Of a stretch of DNA of 64,000 nucleotides, positions 1-15,030 are shown in pieces; within the stretch, counting starts at the first letter, position 1, and each line of letters opens with the position of its first letter. Both the position numbers and the translations under genes were made by a program. A model generated the notes under the pieces. The model was not told the DNA's origin. It made no database searches and saw nothing but the letters and a program-made list of their open reading frames with translations. The DNA comes from the human T2T-CHM13v2.0 reference genome, Homo sapiens: NCBI RefSeq assembly GCF_009914755.1, contig NC_060925.1. The stretch is one strand, 5' to 3'.

Positions 1-7
1 ACTATAA

Positions 8-157
8 TTATCATCCCCATTTCACAGATAAGCAAAATGAGAAACAAGGTATTAAGCAACTTATACAAGGTCAGCCCATTAGTAAGTGGTGCAGCTGGGA
101 TGTAAACTCTGGCAGTTTAGCTCCTGAGTCCAGCCTCTTAGCGACTACATTACACAC
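8..157 (-). mobile_element. MIR
   Basis: Reverse MIR core (atccccatttcacagat...agtaagtggtgcagctgggat). Confidence 0.75.
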
Positions 158-504
158 CTCTCATCTGGATAAAACATAAAACTGTAGAAAATCCAGGAGT
201 CCTTTCTAAAGAGAGAGGTTTTAGCTGGGTTTTGGAGGTACGTTGTCTTTTTTTTTCTTTTTGCCTCTTTCTACTATATGCCCTTATTTATAACCTAAAA
301 TATTAGATATGAAATTCTGCCTTCTGTTAAGCAAATGACCCATTATGCCTGATGTCCATAAGGGCCATTCCATCTGGAAACCAGAGCTAGTCCCTTAATT
401 GTTCCATGCTAATAGTTAATAGAACATTTGATAGAATTCCTTACATATACCTTTGTTATTTAGCCTTATGACATTTCATTAGAATTATTTAGATGACTTT
501 TTCC

Positions 505-620
505 TGTACTAGAATTTGAACTCATGGAAAGTGAGGATGTTATTAATAATTTGTTTCTCTGTTATCTAGCATAGCAATTGACACACAGCTGACACTCAAC
601 ATACATTTGTTAAATAGAAA
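505..620 (+). mobile_element. L2 3' end fragment
   Basis: actagaat...cacacag...ctcaacatacatttgttaaat, typical of the L2 tail. Confidence 0.55.
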
Positions 621-849
621 TTACATGCCACAAAGAAAGAAAGCCTGAAAGAAACAACCTTAGCCTGCATATTAAACGCACAGATAATTGCCTGTTTTAC
701 ACTAAATGAACTTTTTAACAACAATGAAAAAAATTTTTGGACAACTTTCCTGACCTCTATCCTTTATTCCTCATGTAAAATAGGTCAAAAAGTCTGAACG
801 ATCCTTTCTCAGACATGTCTCCTGAATCTGGATCATCACCATGCCACCC

Positions 850-1540
850 GGGGTAGGCTCTGGTCCTAACCGGCCTGGACTCTGAGCAACGGTGTCGTGA
901 CTGCTCTCCTGACAACTGTCACTCCCAGGCCCGGCCACTCGCCGTCTCAGCGCCCCCTCGCGGCCCTTCTCTACCCACCTCGGGACTTCCCAGGCCTCCT
1001 GGCTGCGCCGCAGACCCTCCCCGTCCCAGATCCCGCCAGGGCCCACTCGGGCTCCAGCCGCTGCCTGGGACAGCCAAAGGCCGGCCCGGGCGGTTCTTCC
1101 CCAGGTGGTCCGGGGCGTCCCGGGCCGCACTGGCCTGGCCCATGGGCCCCGAAGAAGGCGCTCACCCAAGGACCACTGTCCGAGCGGCTTCCCCCGGCCC
1201 GGCCTGGTGCCGCGTCCCCACCAGCCCGGGGTGGCAGGTTCTACTCGGGAAGCCTGTTTTATGTCTTCTTTCACGCCCATATCACACCGACAAGGGTGAA
1301 GCTGTGGAACTTATACCTCGGCTGGGCCCCGCCGCCAACTCCTAGGGCACGGGAACTGCGCACAGGCCGGGGTTCCGCGAGGGGCGGAGCTTCCCGCTCT
1401 GCCCTCGGGCAGGTGAGCCGGAGCCTGGCACGTGGGCCTGGGTGTCCTGACAGCCCTGGCCCCCGCCGCCTCTGTACCAGGGAGAGCGCCTGGAAGGCGC
1501 CGCTGCCTCTCTCTCCCTACGTGCCCACCTGCCTCTAGGA
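850..1540. promoter_or_regulatory. CpG island promoter
   Basis: Very GC- and CpG-rich block in an AT-rich background; GC box GGGGCGGAGC 1381-1390, E-box CACGTG 1429-1434, TGCGCA near 1357. Confidence 0.85.
979..1350 (-). ncRNA. Probable first exon of a minus-strand lncRNA (LINC01725 from memory; boundaries approximate)
   Basis: CpG island with a strong minus-strand donor GAG|gtgggt at 978; no coding signature; locus position recalled, not verified. Confidence 0.4.
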
Positions 1541-4194
1541 ACTGGTGAGTTACTTCAGTTCTATGTGAGTCTCCAGTGCCACAATTTAGTGTGTACACCA
1601 AACGGTGTTATTGAATAGATGAAGATGATTACCACCTGGTAATGAGTTTCCTTAGTCCCGTTCTTATAGAACCTGAAACTCAACGCTAACCACCCCCCCC
1701 CCCCGACTTAGAATCACAAACTAGATAGAATCTTTCTGACAATCGGGTGAGTTGGGTTTAATATGCAATGAGGAAATTATACTTTACTCCAAAAACTAGT
1801 GCTTGTTATTTTCCTCACAACAAAACTCTCAGATAGACAAAGTTGGCAACCCTATTCCACTCAGCTAGTCGATAAAAGAACCAGGATGGAACTATGATGG
1901 GAACCCACATCTTCAGCTTCCTATTGCAGTGTATGTTCTATTACATATGAAAAAGAGACAATAAAGTAGAGGATAAGTAGGACGCTAAAGAAGTAAGGAA
2001 AGGAGAGAATCCAGTGTTTGTAAGGAGCTTTGTTTTATTTTCCCAAAGCTTGGAGATTACTTGGCAAAGTGTGATGGTGCTACACAGCCCGTAAGAAATT
2101 TGTAATCACCCATCTAACAAGTACCTAGGCTGGATCTGCAAACTGCGTGGAAATTTCTAGCACGTGTGGGAAGAAGCATGATCAACATTTCTTAGACCAT
2201 TTCAGGTCCGGAAGTGGCCCTCTTGCAGTTTAGCAGGACATATATTCTCAAGAGATTCTGAGTAGCCACAGAACTTACAGAAGTTGTCATTATTTACCTA
2301 CTGCTCAGAAAAACAGGACACTGTCTGTGGGCCAATTTGCTAAGAAAAAAATTTAAATAATATGTAAATAAATGTAAATAATGTAGAAGCACAATCTGCC
2401 TTTGCTTTTTCTTATAAATATAAGAAAATATTTTCATTAAAATAACCAAAAAATAGACAAGATTTACCCAGCACCTTTAGAATGAAAGTAACGTGGCAGT
2501 GCTTCACTGGGAAAAAGTGAAGCTGAATGAGATGAAATTTAGAAACTGAGAAATGGTCAGGAAAAAACAAGAATTCAAAAAGCAAATAGAAGTATTATTT
2601 GACTGAAAAACCTGAGGCTAAAATATGAAATCAAGCTAATTTCTGAGGTATCTACTTATTCTTTGTTTCAAGACAAGTCTGACTCCAGTTTGGGGAGAGT
2701 CAAACAGAATGGAATTAGCTAAATTTGCTTATTTTTAAAACTCCCCTCAATTTCTCCCCCAAATTTGAGTTTCCCTTTGTACTTCTCCCATTATGATGTA
2801 GAAGATTTACTAAACAAATATCAATTTGGACTAAAATGATATTAGGTTTTGATGATCTACCTATTTTTAGCCTAAGGACTAAGTGGTTTTCTGAATTCAC
2901 ATTTTCATCGTTTTAATGAAAATGAGGCAATATGCTGAAATGGTATTTTCTTAGATTGTATTAAGGTTTATATACCTAGATTTTTCACATACACTGTGTC
3001 ATATACTTTTCCTCTAAATCCAATATATTATGAACACACAGGTAACGTTTTTACTGCTAACAGCATGCTGTAGGTTTAAAAAAATTATTGTTTCTTGACC
3101 TTTTACAAGTTATTCTAACACTAACAGCAGCATAGCTATAACAGGACAGAACTTGACTAAATATATTAATATAGAGTTTTATTATCCTTGATAATTTTTC
3201 TCACTGCAGTGTCTAGTTAATACTTAAAGGGTTTTTGTATGTTTGCACCCATTCTTAGAGAGGACAAGAGTTTGAATTTGCATATTCTCACCGTATGTTT
3301 CTATTACAATATCAAAGATTGAAGGCTGCCTTAATAAAACATTTCAAAAACAATGAGAGTCCATTGCTGTGCAATAGTCAAAACACTACTCAGTCTAAAA
3401 AATCTTAGTATTTTTGATAACCGTATAAAATAGCACAATTTAGGTCACTAAGTGCCATCAGCATATACTCCCTAAATATACCAAATAGTGGTATATTTAT
3501 TGCATTTTTAAAGAAGGAGGTTAATTTAGCAGTATTTCACATGGAACCATACAGAATGGAGTATGATAAAATTTCTTAAGGCCTAACATGTTGCTTAAAG
3601 AAAACTTAGACACAGAAAAAATATCTGACTTGATAAATGCTGTCTCTCACAAATATGACAAACTCTGAATAAATTCCAGCTTTGAAGGAAGGAAGCCAGC
3701 CACAAACAGGCCTTTTTGTTTTGTGTAAGAAGATACTTGCAGATGGCCAGCAAGTGTTTCTAGATATATCCTGTTATTATGCAAAGTTCTCATCTGCTGA
3801 TGGATGACTTTAGACTATTAAAGATGAACTTTTATCATATATGACCCAATAAATAATTAATATCTATTCATAAAGGCTTGGATCACATTCTGACCACACT
3901 CTCAAGCATTTTGCATTACTTCACATGTCGTGATTATGTTGCAAATATCTAATATAATGCATGTTTATCATTAGGGTTATTTACCTCTGGCCATCCTTCC
4001 TGGCCTCAAGCCATCCCTCTTGAAACCCTGGTTCAAATATTCCCCTGGAAATGACCAAATTCTCAAGTGACAAGTGCAAGTAAATTTCTTGCACCAGATT
4101 TGTCAGTGTTCATATTTATACCACCAGTCTATATTTGATAAATATATGATTAAATGCTTTGATTACTTTATTAGTGAATGAATTTGTGTATTTT

Positions 4195-4410
4195 GGTGTT
4201 TTCCAAAGTGTGCTCAATAGAAGTCTAGTCCCGGGAGATGCGCTGCAATAAAAGATACCATGGTGAAATTAGTTTGGGAACTGATGCATGTTGCTGTCCC
4301 TTTCTGGAAAATGTCAGTGCATCTGAGGATACTAAAGACTCTTGGAAGTACTGAAAGTAGAGAAACACCTTCCAATTTGTATACCGTTTCCCAATTTGCC
4401 TGACCATGGC
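4195..4410. mobile_element. hAT-Charlie MITE (MER112/MER113-like)
   Basis: gtgttttccaaagtgtg start and internal inverted repeat ccatggtgaaattagtttgggaac ... gtttcccaatttgcctgaccatgg. Confidence 0.55.
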
Positions 4411-5297
4411 GATGGGTATCGTTGTCACTATGCTGTGTACATACCTGATGAATAACCATTAAAAGATAACTCTCTTCCAGTTAAAGATTATGTTATGCTC
4501 TACAAAAGAACCAAATGCTTATTTTGTTTTTAAGGTACTATATAGTTTTCTAACACTTGAAATTATTCCAAGATTATTTTTATAATTTAAAAAAGATTTT
4601 CATTCAATTAAAAATGAAATTATATATATAATTAAAATTATTTGATAAAATAGGGAGATAGCAAACTACCCACATTGGCCTCATCTTTAGGAGTCATTGA
4701 AAGAAATCAATTCAACTTTCAAAGCCTTTATAGAATATTTTAACTTTATAAAAATAATGAATTTTTAAGAATATATTTTTAAGAGTCAACCATTATACCA
4801 TTTGGTTGTCAGTTCCAAAAAGCAAGGCATACATGCATTAACATCCCGATTTCCTAAATTTTTATCCAAAGTGCATCTTTTTTTAAAGAAAACTATTCTA
4901 GATACTTTATGCATAATTATCCTAAAGAACAATGGCATAAATGGCAATATATGCTTATTTTTGAGGCTTAGTATTCTAAGTTTTAACAATGAGATTATAA
5001 ATTACTGAAAAAAATGAACTTCATAGCGGAGATGCTGACATAATTGTAATCAGATAGTAATAGTTTTGCTATAATCCATGATGCTAGATACAAAAATGTC
5101 ATTTCTAAATTTTAGAAGTCGGCCTACTAGCTAACTATGAGAGTTGACACCAATTATGTTGACTTGACCTGACTTTAATAGCAGGTAAAGTTATCCCCAT
5201 AGTGCTATTGCTGTCTGTACACAGTAAAAATTACTGTAAAAATATATCTCTTCACTCTGAAACCTTAATTGGGAGCCAATGTCTTCTATAACAAAAA

Positions 5298-5299
<2 letters not shown>

Positions 5300-5339
<40 letters not shown>
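5300..5339 (+). repeat. (GT)20 microsatellite
   Basis: Directly visible. Confidence 0.97.
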
Positions 5340-5343
<4 letters not shown>

Positions 5344-5392
5344 CAGAAATAAGCATTTGATGACATATTGTAGCTTTCTTAGGTTAAACTTT

Positions 5393-5398
5393 TTTATT
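5393..5398 (-). terminator. Candidate distal polyadenylation signal AATAAA of TTLL7
   Basis: tttatt on the plus strand at the end of the repeat-poor UTR-like block. Confidence 0.65.
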
Positions 5399-7877
5399 AT
5401 AGTAATGTATCAGAGTAATTGAAATAACTTCACCATACAGATATCACATGCTGGAGCATGACAATGCAACGCTAATTGCACACTGTATTGACATTTCAAG
5501 CATATTTTCTGTAACAACATTTGCATTCATATACAGGTAGTAAAGCACACGGGGATAATGTGAGTCATGATTCATGTTAGCAAATGTATTGCTTTCAAGC
5601 TAATCCTCATACCCAGAATCTGCAGCAAAACCATTAATATTCAGATGTTGTAGCATGTACAGTAGTTATTGTATGAACTGAATAGCTCAGGACCAAGAAT
5701 TGCTGTTAGCCTTTGAAAGAGAAATATCAGTGTTATTTCATTACTTTTGTAAGGTAAGCCTTATTACTAATTTAGGAACTATTGGTCCATTGATTGTACC
5801 TGTAGATAATACAGCGCAGTTAATGTAGAATGTGTAACTTGAGTAATTTTCCCTAATATACGATACATCCCTTTATGACGAGGTCCAAAAAGCACCAAAA
5901 AATGGCAGCAATCTCAAAGTGTGCAGTAAATTTTAATATACCAATTTTGGTTGCAAGACTTATTTGTAGCCATATATCTTGCTTTATATGTATCCAGACA
6001 ATAAACGCTTTTTTAGGCATAGAGGCTTCAACCTGGTTCTTAAAAATAATCTCAGCAGACAAACTGAACTTGATGCAACAACATATTTTATGTTTTATTA
6101 TTGCTGAGGCAAAATCACACCACCATAAAATGCAAGGAAAACCAATGTTTAAAAGGCAGAATTTCTCTTTTCTTGAGGCTTTGTTAATACAAAGGTCAAA
6201 ATTTCACCTTTGAACTAAAAAAGAAATAAAGAATAGGCAGTGTAAGTAACAAAATTGTCATCATGAATATATTTCTAAATTTTTATTTATTTATAAGTCA
6301 ACATTAGCCCAAAATATTTAGATAACTAATACGGCCCTTGAAAACTTAAATTTCTTAAAGAGAAAAGCAAATTTTCAAAAAATCATCAGGTCACAAGAAC
6401 ACAATTAATTGTACAGTTATACATTTTATTTAACCCCTATGACCATGTAAACTAAGACTCAAAGTTTAAATTAGCATTACAGAACAGAAAAGGAAAGTTT
6501 TCTGTCACTCTTGAGGTATTTACTATTTTTTAAAGAATACACATTTAAGAATGAATCAATGTTTTTTAGAAAATCAAATAATGGCATTTCTGCAGCTATC
6601 AATTTTTTGATACTTTTGAAAAAGTCAAGTAATGTATATGCTTAAATCTAAAGAAATTTTTTAACTATTAGTACTTTGACATGCTAAAGAAGAACGTATT
6701 TGGATTATTAAAACATCTGAAATTTCAAGTTAGATACAAAATTCCATACTCATATATTTTACAAATTAAAAAGACAGTTAAAATGAAATCTTTTTATTGA
6801 TGTCTAGAAGCTACTATTATCTAGTTGGGTATAACTATTAGATGAAAAGAAGTTTAGGTTTCTTCATTTGGGTTTGGTTTGGTTTTAGTTTTAGGGAGAA
6901 AGAAATAGTTGAAACTGTTTGTATATTTAGAAATAATTTTGACCTATGATAAAATTTGTATAGATCTTTGCATCTTACCGACAACCAAGGACATTCAACT
7001 ATGTTCTAGGCAGAGTTACCATTGCCATTTCCATATTTGATCCTGTTACAACTTCATTTTTACATATTTAAGGTAAATGCAATGCTACTAAAATAAAAAT
7101 TTGTTGCTAGTAAAATTAATCAAAATATGAATAACAATAGTTTCTTCAATAGATTATATAGAGCAAATGGTAACTAATCTATAATGATGGATTAGTCAAG
7201 TGAAAACTAGTTTGCAGTCTCAGACTACGTTTGTAAGTGATGATTTAAAATAAAAAAGGTTGTTTCTTAGACATTTCTAGAAATTATTCAAATATTGCAT
7301 AGTTCTAGAAAGCATTCCAATCTTAGATTTACTGAATGAGCAGGGATATGTTTTTCTATAGCAGAATGAAAATATGCTTTCATTGTAAGTAAACCCAGTT
7401 CCCCTATTAAAAACCTCTGGTAAGATTAAGTAGCTTTTGGAGTTTTCAAATAAAGCTATTTTCTCTCCTAGAAAAGGGAGTCACACCTGTACAATCACTT
7501 ATGCTTATATGTTTTAACCTATGAATAAAAATTTATAATAAAAACTTGGGAATATTTTATACCTCTAAATCATTTCCATGGCCTCCCAACACTTCCATGG
7601 TTTATTGTTGTGTCTTCTCTTAGTTGCTCATTAGGGAATAGCACTACAGCAGACACAGTCCATAGCATACCAGGTAGTATATATAAATAATGAACACAAG
7701 GCTTTTATTCACAACTTCATCATATCAAACTACATCAGTCTAAATAGGCAAATGAAGGCAATAAAATTGTAACGCTCAAAATAAGGCCAGACATAAGTAG
7801 CTAGAGAAATGAAATTTATTTGTTGAAATCAATTTGTGGGGTACTTTCATACATTTAAATTTACTCAGTTTTTAAAT

Positions 7878-7900
7878 TGTGTGTGTGTGTGTGTGTGTGT
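7878..7900 (+). repeat. (TG)n microsatellite in the 3'UTR
   Basis: Directly visible. Confidence 0.92.
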
Positions 7901-9269
7901 TTTCTGTGAGGAGTGTTTCTCCTAGTGATGGGCATTCTTATTTTTTGTTTTAAATACAAATTTTGCTCTGGTACAAAAGTTGCAAAGCACACACTCCAGC
8001 AAATTAAGTAATTATTTGTGATTTAAGATAATGCAAATGAGTGGCCGAGAAACTGGGCTGTTATCATATATCAGACACTTATATATATATTTTTGTGGCC
8101 AAATCATGAATTTAAAAGAAAAATGAACTCCATGAAAAGACTTATTACTTGTTGATCATCTTTATGGTGATTCTGTAATATCCCAATTTTTGCATTATTT
8201 TTTCTAAAAAAAAATCCATAGCATATTTAAGAATTCACAAAATGGAGTCATAAACAGTGTAGTCACTGTAATTTCCTTCATTCTGATACCCTTATTCTCT
8301 TCTTCCACAAATAGCAAATTCTTCTTTGGGATGCATGCAGAGAGGAAAAGTATCTACCAAATGTGGATGTTAGGTAGCCATAAAAAATCAAGTAGCTAGC
8401 AATAATTTGGGAAATAAACAAATCATTTCAGCCTAAAAAAGGCTCAGAAGATGGCTTGAAAAGCAAAATACATCTAACTTATAACTTTAGGTTGCCAATT
8501 CTTCAGGCTGTGAATTAAACCAGGCCAATTTGCCCCTCTCAGTTCTCCTGCTTTGGGGCCACTTCTTGAAATAACTTTCAGAATAGTAAAAGGAGGTAAA
8601 ACATTCATGAATTTCGAAAATAATTAGCAGCTAAAAGAAAATAAAACTGTTGGGAGAAGAAGTTTAAATAAATTCTAAGAAGTGATGGCTGCACTGATGA
8701 TTTCAATGTCAAAGTAGTACGGCTTATATTTTTATGGAAAACTGAAAGCTCACTCTTGGTTTTAAAAACTGTATTCAAGAAAAGGAAGTAAACTGCTATG
8801 AAACTTATGCATAACAACTTTGGACAAGAACACTTCGTTCTCTGTTTTGATTTTTTAAAAACCCTCAAGGGTACACTGATGACTTGTAATATGTGATAAT
8901 TGAAATCTTCTATTCACAATCCTTTAACTGTTTCTGTGGTGCAATGAGAAACTACTGTATTAGAATTTGCAATATAAGTTGATTTCAACCTTGAGAGATT
9001 TATAAAAATAAGTTTGTCTCATTATCCTGTAACACTAAAATGAGTGAAATGTGTCAACTCTTCTACTTCTGCGAAACAGGAGAAATTGTATTTAACCACA
9101 TGTTAAACCCATCAAAGATATACTTTCCAAATAAAAATGAGTGGTATAAGACATAAAAGCCATATAGAAAGATTTTGTTACCATCATTTTCTGTTCCTTT
9201 ATGTGATTATGAAAAGTAAAAATGAAAGCTAGTTTACATTTTATTTTTAACCCATTGGATTGTCTTCCA

Positions 9270-9641
<372 letters not shown>

Positions 9642-10308
9642 TAATATGATCTCACCAGATCCTTACTGAAAATGTACCTTATTACAAGTAGCTAAATTTC
9701 CACATAGAGGAATAAAAAGATTGGAGAATCAGGTTATGACTTTTCTAGCACTTTACAGTGTGCTATAGTAATGATAAACCCGTTTTAAACTTCTTAATCT
9801 TATCATCAAGCAACACCAGGCTTCTAAATCTTTTTGTTTCATTTAAAATGGCTACTATATATGAGAATTTTTAAGGTATTATACTAAACCCTTTTTCAGG
9901 TCAAAAGGCATGTTATCTAGAAAATAATTTAACACTGTAATTGGATCTTCAAGATCAATTTGTTTTATATACTCTGCAGCAAAAATAACATTTCTAGTAG
10001 GAAGGAATTAATTATAAACCTAGCAGATTCTAGACATTCACATATTTGTGTAAACAATTTTAACATGGTTTATTACGTTTCCAGAAAGGTTAAGTCTTAT
10101 ATTCCATTTTCTGCTAATTCTTCTTTCATATATCATTTAATATAATAAATATATGTTATTAGGGTGCATATGTGCATATATTTTCACACATATATATGTC
10201 TTATATACATAAAACAGCACTTAATGGTCATGTTCTTTGCATGTTCAACTTCAGAGGAAAAAAATGAATTGCTGTTATGTATAACCAATGGCGATCTTCC
10301 CTTCTGTT

Positions 10309-10429
10309 TCACAGATGGCCATATCTGGATGTAAACAAAACATTGGAGCGAGTCATTCCAGGTGAATTGTACTTCAAGTTGTAGGTTGGTGTTCTCAAGA
10401 AGAATTGGGTGCTCCCTGGTAGTAAATAC
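10309..10429 (-). CDS. TTLL7: TTLL7 exon 21 coding part YLLPGSTQFFLRTPTYNLKYNSPGMTRSNVLFTSRYGHL*
   Basis: tttttag|GTAT acceptor, phase 2 entry, TGA at 10309-10311. Confidence 0.96.
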
Positions 10430-10956
10430 CTAAAAATGATGGTTAACAAATTAGATTTTTACAAGCAAATTATAACTAACTCACTAAAGGGTTATGTGGT
10501 TAGCAATTTACGTAGTCTATATGAGAAATGTTACTGTAACAAAAATGCAATTCATATAAAAAGATTTCCTCCTCCAGACTGTAGGAAAGGAGAGAAGAGC
10601 TAAATATAGATGCAATATATGATGTTAGCATCCCAAGACATCCCATAAAGAGCCACTGTACTCAAATACTGTGAAACTGTTTATGTGGCTAATGTTAATT
10701 TAGAATTCATTATCAGTCCTTGTAAGTAATATGTGGAGCCAGTCAAATATTTCTTTAAAACACGTGATTTGAGAATTTGACTAGCCACATTAACAGTAAT
10801 TGTTTGTTTCAAGGGAGGCGGAACCACTGATTATAATTTAATAATAGATCATTAACGTATTATTACTATAGGTAACCTAATAGAAAAAGTTAAAGATTAA
10901 CATTCCTAATTAGAATATAAATTTTATATTCTTTGACCATAGAGTGCTCATGATTA

Positions 10957-11270
<314 letters not shown>

Positions 11271-11434
11271 TCATGATTACGGGTTGCATGTAACCCTTGC
11301 AGCCAAATGTATTTCAAAATATGTGATTTTTTTTTCAGATTTTAGAAAGACAATATGGTGATTTATATATATTATATAGTATACATATTTATATACATTT
11401 ATATATACTATATTATATAGTAATATTTATATTA

Positions 11435-11590
11435 CTCACTGCAACCTCTGCCTCCAGGTTCAAGCGATTCTCTTGCCTCAGCCTCTCAAGTGGCTGGGAT
11501 TACAGGCATGTGCTACCACGCCCAGCTAATTTTTTTCTTTGTATTTTTAATAGAGACGGGTTTCACCGTGTTAGCCAGGATGGTCTCAAA
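11435..11590 (-). mobile_element. Internal Alu fragment (both ends missing)
   Basis: ctcactgcaacctc...ttagccaggatggtctcaaa. Confidence 0.85.
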
Positions 11591-11960
11591 TGAGTTATGT
11601 TTTGTTTTCAACTTTTCAAAGCTTTGGAAATTAGACATTGCAAGTGAAAGATTGTGCACCTGTAGAATCTGTTTTCCTGTGAAAAATCTTGACTAGCATT
11701 AGGCCAGTCCAATCTATATGTCTAGAGAGAAATGGTCAAGGAAATCCACATAAACAAATGCAAACAACACTATTCAAAGTGTAAGTCCTAGTAATGATGA
11801 GGAGGAAATGCTATAAAATCAGGATAAAGATACTTATGAGGAATTTCCAAGAGCAGAAGCAGCAATATACAGAGATTCGTAATTAGTCTTGGGAAATAAA
11901 CAGTGGGACGGTATCAAATCGTTTATTTTCTTCACTTGACATTAGAATTCTCCAGGGATA

Positions 11961-12344
<384 letters not shown>

Positions 12345-13094
12345 CTATTCTATGTTAAATAATATTGATAACTATGATAATTCTATGTCAATGGAAAATT
12401 ATAGTTGTGTTATATGAATTATGTAGAAAGAAATGCATTATAATCAAACTATACGCAGCATTCAGATTAAAATAGCAGAACTTTCTATAATATCCATAAA
12501 CATTTTGTCATGAATTATCTAATAATATCTTCTAAACCTATTACCTAATATCACAAACTATAAATAATTACTCAAATCATTAAGTTAATAGAACAGTAAA
12601 ATAACATAAAACAAACCAAATTAAATCAATATTGTATAACAGGTGATGAATAATGAAACAAGTGATTTCTCACATCACAGATTATATAAATTATTTTCTT
12701 AAGATCACTCGGTTACTTTATATGGATTAATTATTATGTCAACAATTGGTGGGGTCATGATGATTGATCCAGTATTCTCTGCCATGAAAAGGCTATCCTT
12801 CCTATCTAGGGCAAAGTTGCAAAAGAAAACGAGGTGTTTTATCAAAATCCACTATTCCATAGTAGTTGAGAGTTATTCTACCTTCTACTGAAAATACATT
12901 CTGATTGTACTGATAATTACACAGTAAACAGTAACGTCTACCAACTTTCTTTCAAAGAATTTCCAAGTAATAGTTACTATTGACATTTCAGTAACATTTA
13001 CATATTCTTTTGAGATAAAGATCACTAGTTGGCACATGAAAAAATAAAAGCACAAAGTCCAGGATCACAAATAACTTACACTATTTTACTGAAC

Positions 13095-13350
13095 AAATAT
13101 TTAAATAGTGTTTTCTATGTGCCCAGCACTATTCGAATTGCTTTACAGATATCAACTCATTTAGTTCTCATAACAATTCTATATGGCAGATATTACTGTT
13201 AGCTCCATTTTACAGATAAATAAACTTCATGAAGCATACAGGGGTCAAATGCCTTGCTCAGGGTCTCCTACCTAGTAAGTGGCAGAGCCAGGATTCAAAT
13301 CCATACAGGCTAGCTCCAGCAGCAGAGCTCCTAGCAACCATACTATATTG
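13095..13350 (-). mobile_element. MIR (near full length)
   Basis: ccattttacagat...agtaagtggcagagccaggattcaaatcc. Confidence 0.8.
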
Positions 13351-14289
13351 TCATGACAATTCTACATAATTATCATTGTATACTAATTTCAGTTTTAAAA
13401 CTAATGGGTACAATTATTATACTCATTTTTTCAGAAATATGAAGTATAAAATAATCTAGAAAGTAGAAAGATATTATATATGCCGCAAACCTAAACTTTT
13501 TCATAGAAGCAGAAAAAGATGAAACTTTTTATTAAGACTTGAAAAGAAGTTCGGCATGAACTAAAAAAAGCATATAAAATTACATTGGAAGAAACACTTT
13601 TCTTCCCTAATGCAAGTGCTGTGGGATTTTAAAGTGTTGCAGGGAAATACAATGGATTATTTGCCTTAATATTCCATTAATATGTCTTGGGAAATCCAAC
13701 ACTAGCTAAACATCTAAGATTGTTTTTGAAATGTTCCTTGCAATGAAGTTAAACAATTTGATTTTTTTAAAGCAGGAAGACTATCTCATGGAAGTGGGTT
13801 TACGGATTAAAGAATTTGTGTAAAGCACTAAAAAATGGGAAAAGTTTACAGCTTACCTATTTTTCTAGCTTATTCTTTACATATGAAAATGGCTAACTCA
13901 TTGCTAACTCGTGCCAAGGAGAAATACCTCAGACTACCCTATTTGTTTCATAGCCTCACTCCTCATCCTCCTCATCCCTAAGGCAGTTGTGCACATCTTT
14001 ACATAACCATTATATTAAGTACAAACATAGAGCCTGCATTTATGTAATTCCTGATTGATGTAGAATTAGTTTGTCTTTTATATACCAATTTATTGCTGAC
14101 CAGGAGGATCTCTGGAACATGACGCATTTCAAGACTGATAGAAATTAACCTTGAAAACATAAGCTACACCCACCTTCCTTTTCCTCTTCCTGGAGTTAAG
14201 ACCAGGACCCCTGATTTCCCCAGAATAATTTTAGGACCTGGTTTGGAAAACTCAGGATAAATAAAGCTCATCAGAATATCTGTCCTGTC

Positions 14290-15030
14290 TTTTTAAAATA
14301 TTTATATTATAGTGAAATACATAACATGAGTGTACTATTAAATAGTGTTTTTCTTACCATTTTTAATTGTACAATTCAGTGCATTAAGTACATTCACAAT
14401 GTGTGTAACCATCACCATTAATTTCAGAACTTTTCATCATCTCAAACAGAAAACTCTTTACCCTTGAAGTACTAACGCCCCATTTTCCCTTCCTTCCTAC
14501 CCCAGTAATATCTATTCTATTTTCTGTCTCTATGAGTTTGCATATTATACATGCCTCATATAAATGGAATCACAAGATTTGTCCATTTGTGTTTGGCTGT
14601 GTAACTTAGCATGTTTTCAAAGGTCATCCATATTGTAGCCTGTATCAGAATTTCAGTCCATACTGTGGCTGAATAATATTCTATTATATGTGTATACCAT
14701 ATTGTATCTCTTCAACTGTTGATGGGCATGGGTTGTTTCCATCTCTTGGCTATTGTCTTATAAATAATGCTTCTGTGAACATTGGTATACAAGTATCTGT
14801 TTGAGTCTTTGTTTTTCATTCTTTTGAGTAAACACCTCGGGGTAGAATTGCTGGTTCATATGGTAATTCTATATTTAATTTTTTAGAAACTCTCAAACTG
14901 CTTTCTACAACTGCCACACAGTTTTAGATTTTTACCAGCAATGCATGAGAAATCCAACTTCTCCACATCCACATCCTTGCCAACACTTACTACTTTGTAC
15001 TTTTTTGATAGTAGCAATTCTAGTGGATGT
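14290..15030 (-). mobile_element. Old L1 (L1MB-like) 3' end
   Basis: gtacaattcagtgcattaagtacattcacaat...aattgctggttcatatggtaattctat. Confidence 0.8.

Noticed and set aside
771-1538. 213-aa (+) and 169-aa (-) ORFs
   Set aside because: Pro/Gly/Arg-rich products expected from stop-poor CpG-island sequence; no recognisable domain.
4214-4459. Two overlapping minus-strand ORFs
   Set aside because: Mostly within a hAT MITE; no coding evidence.
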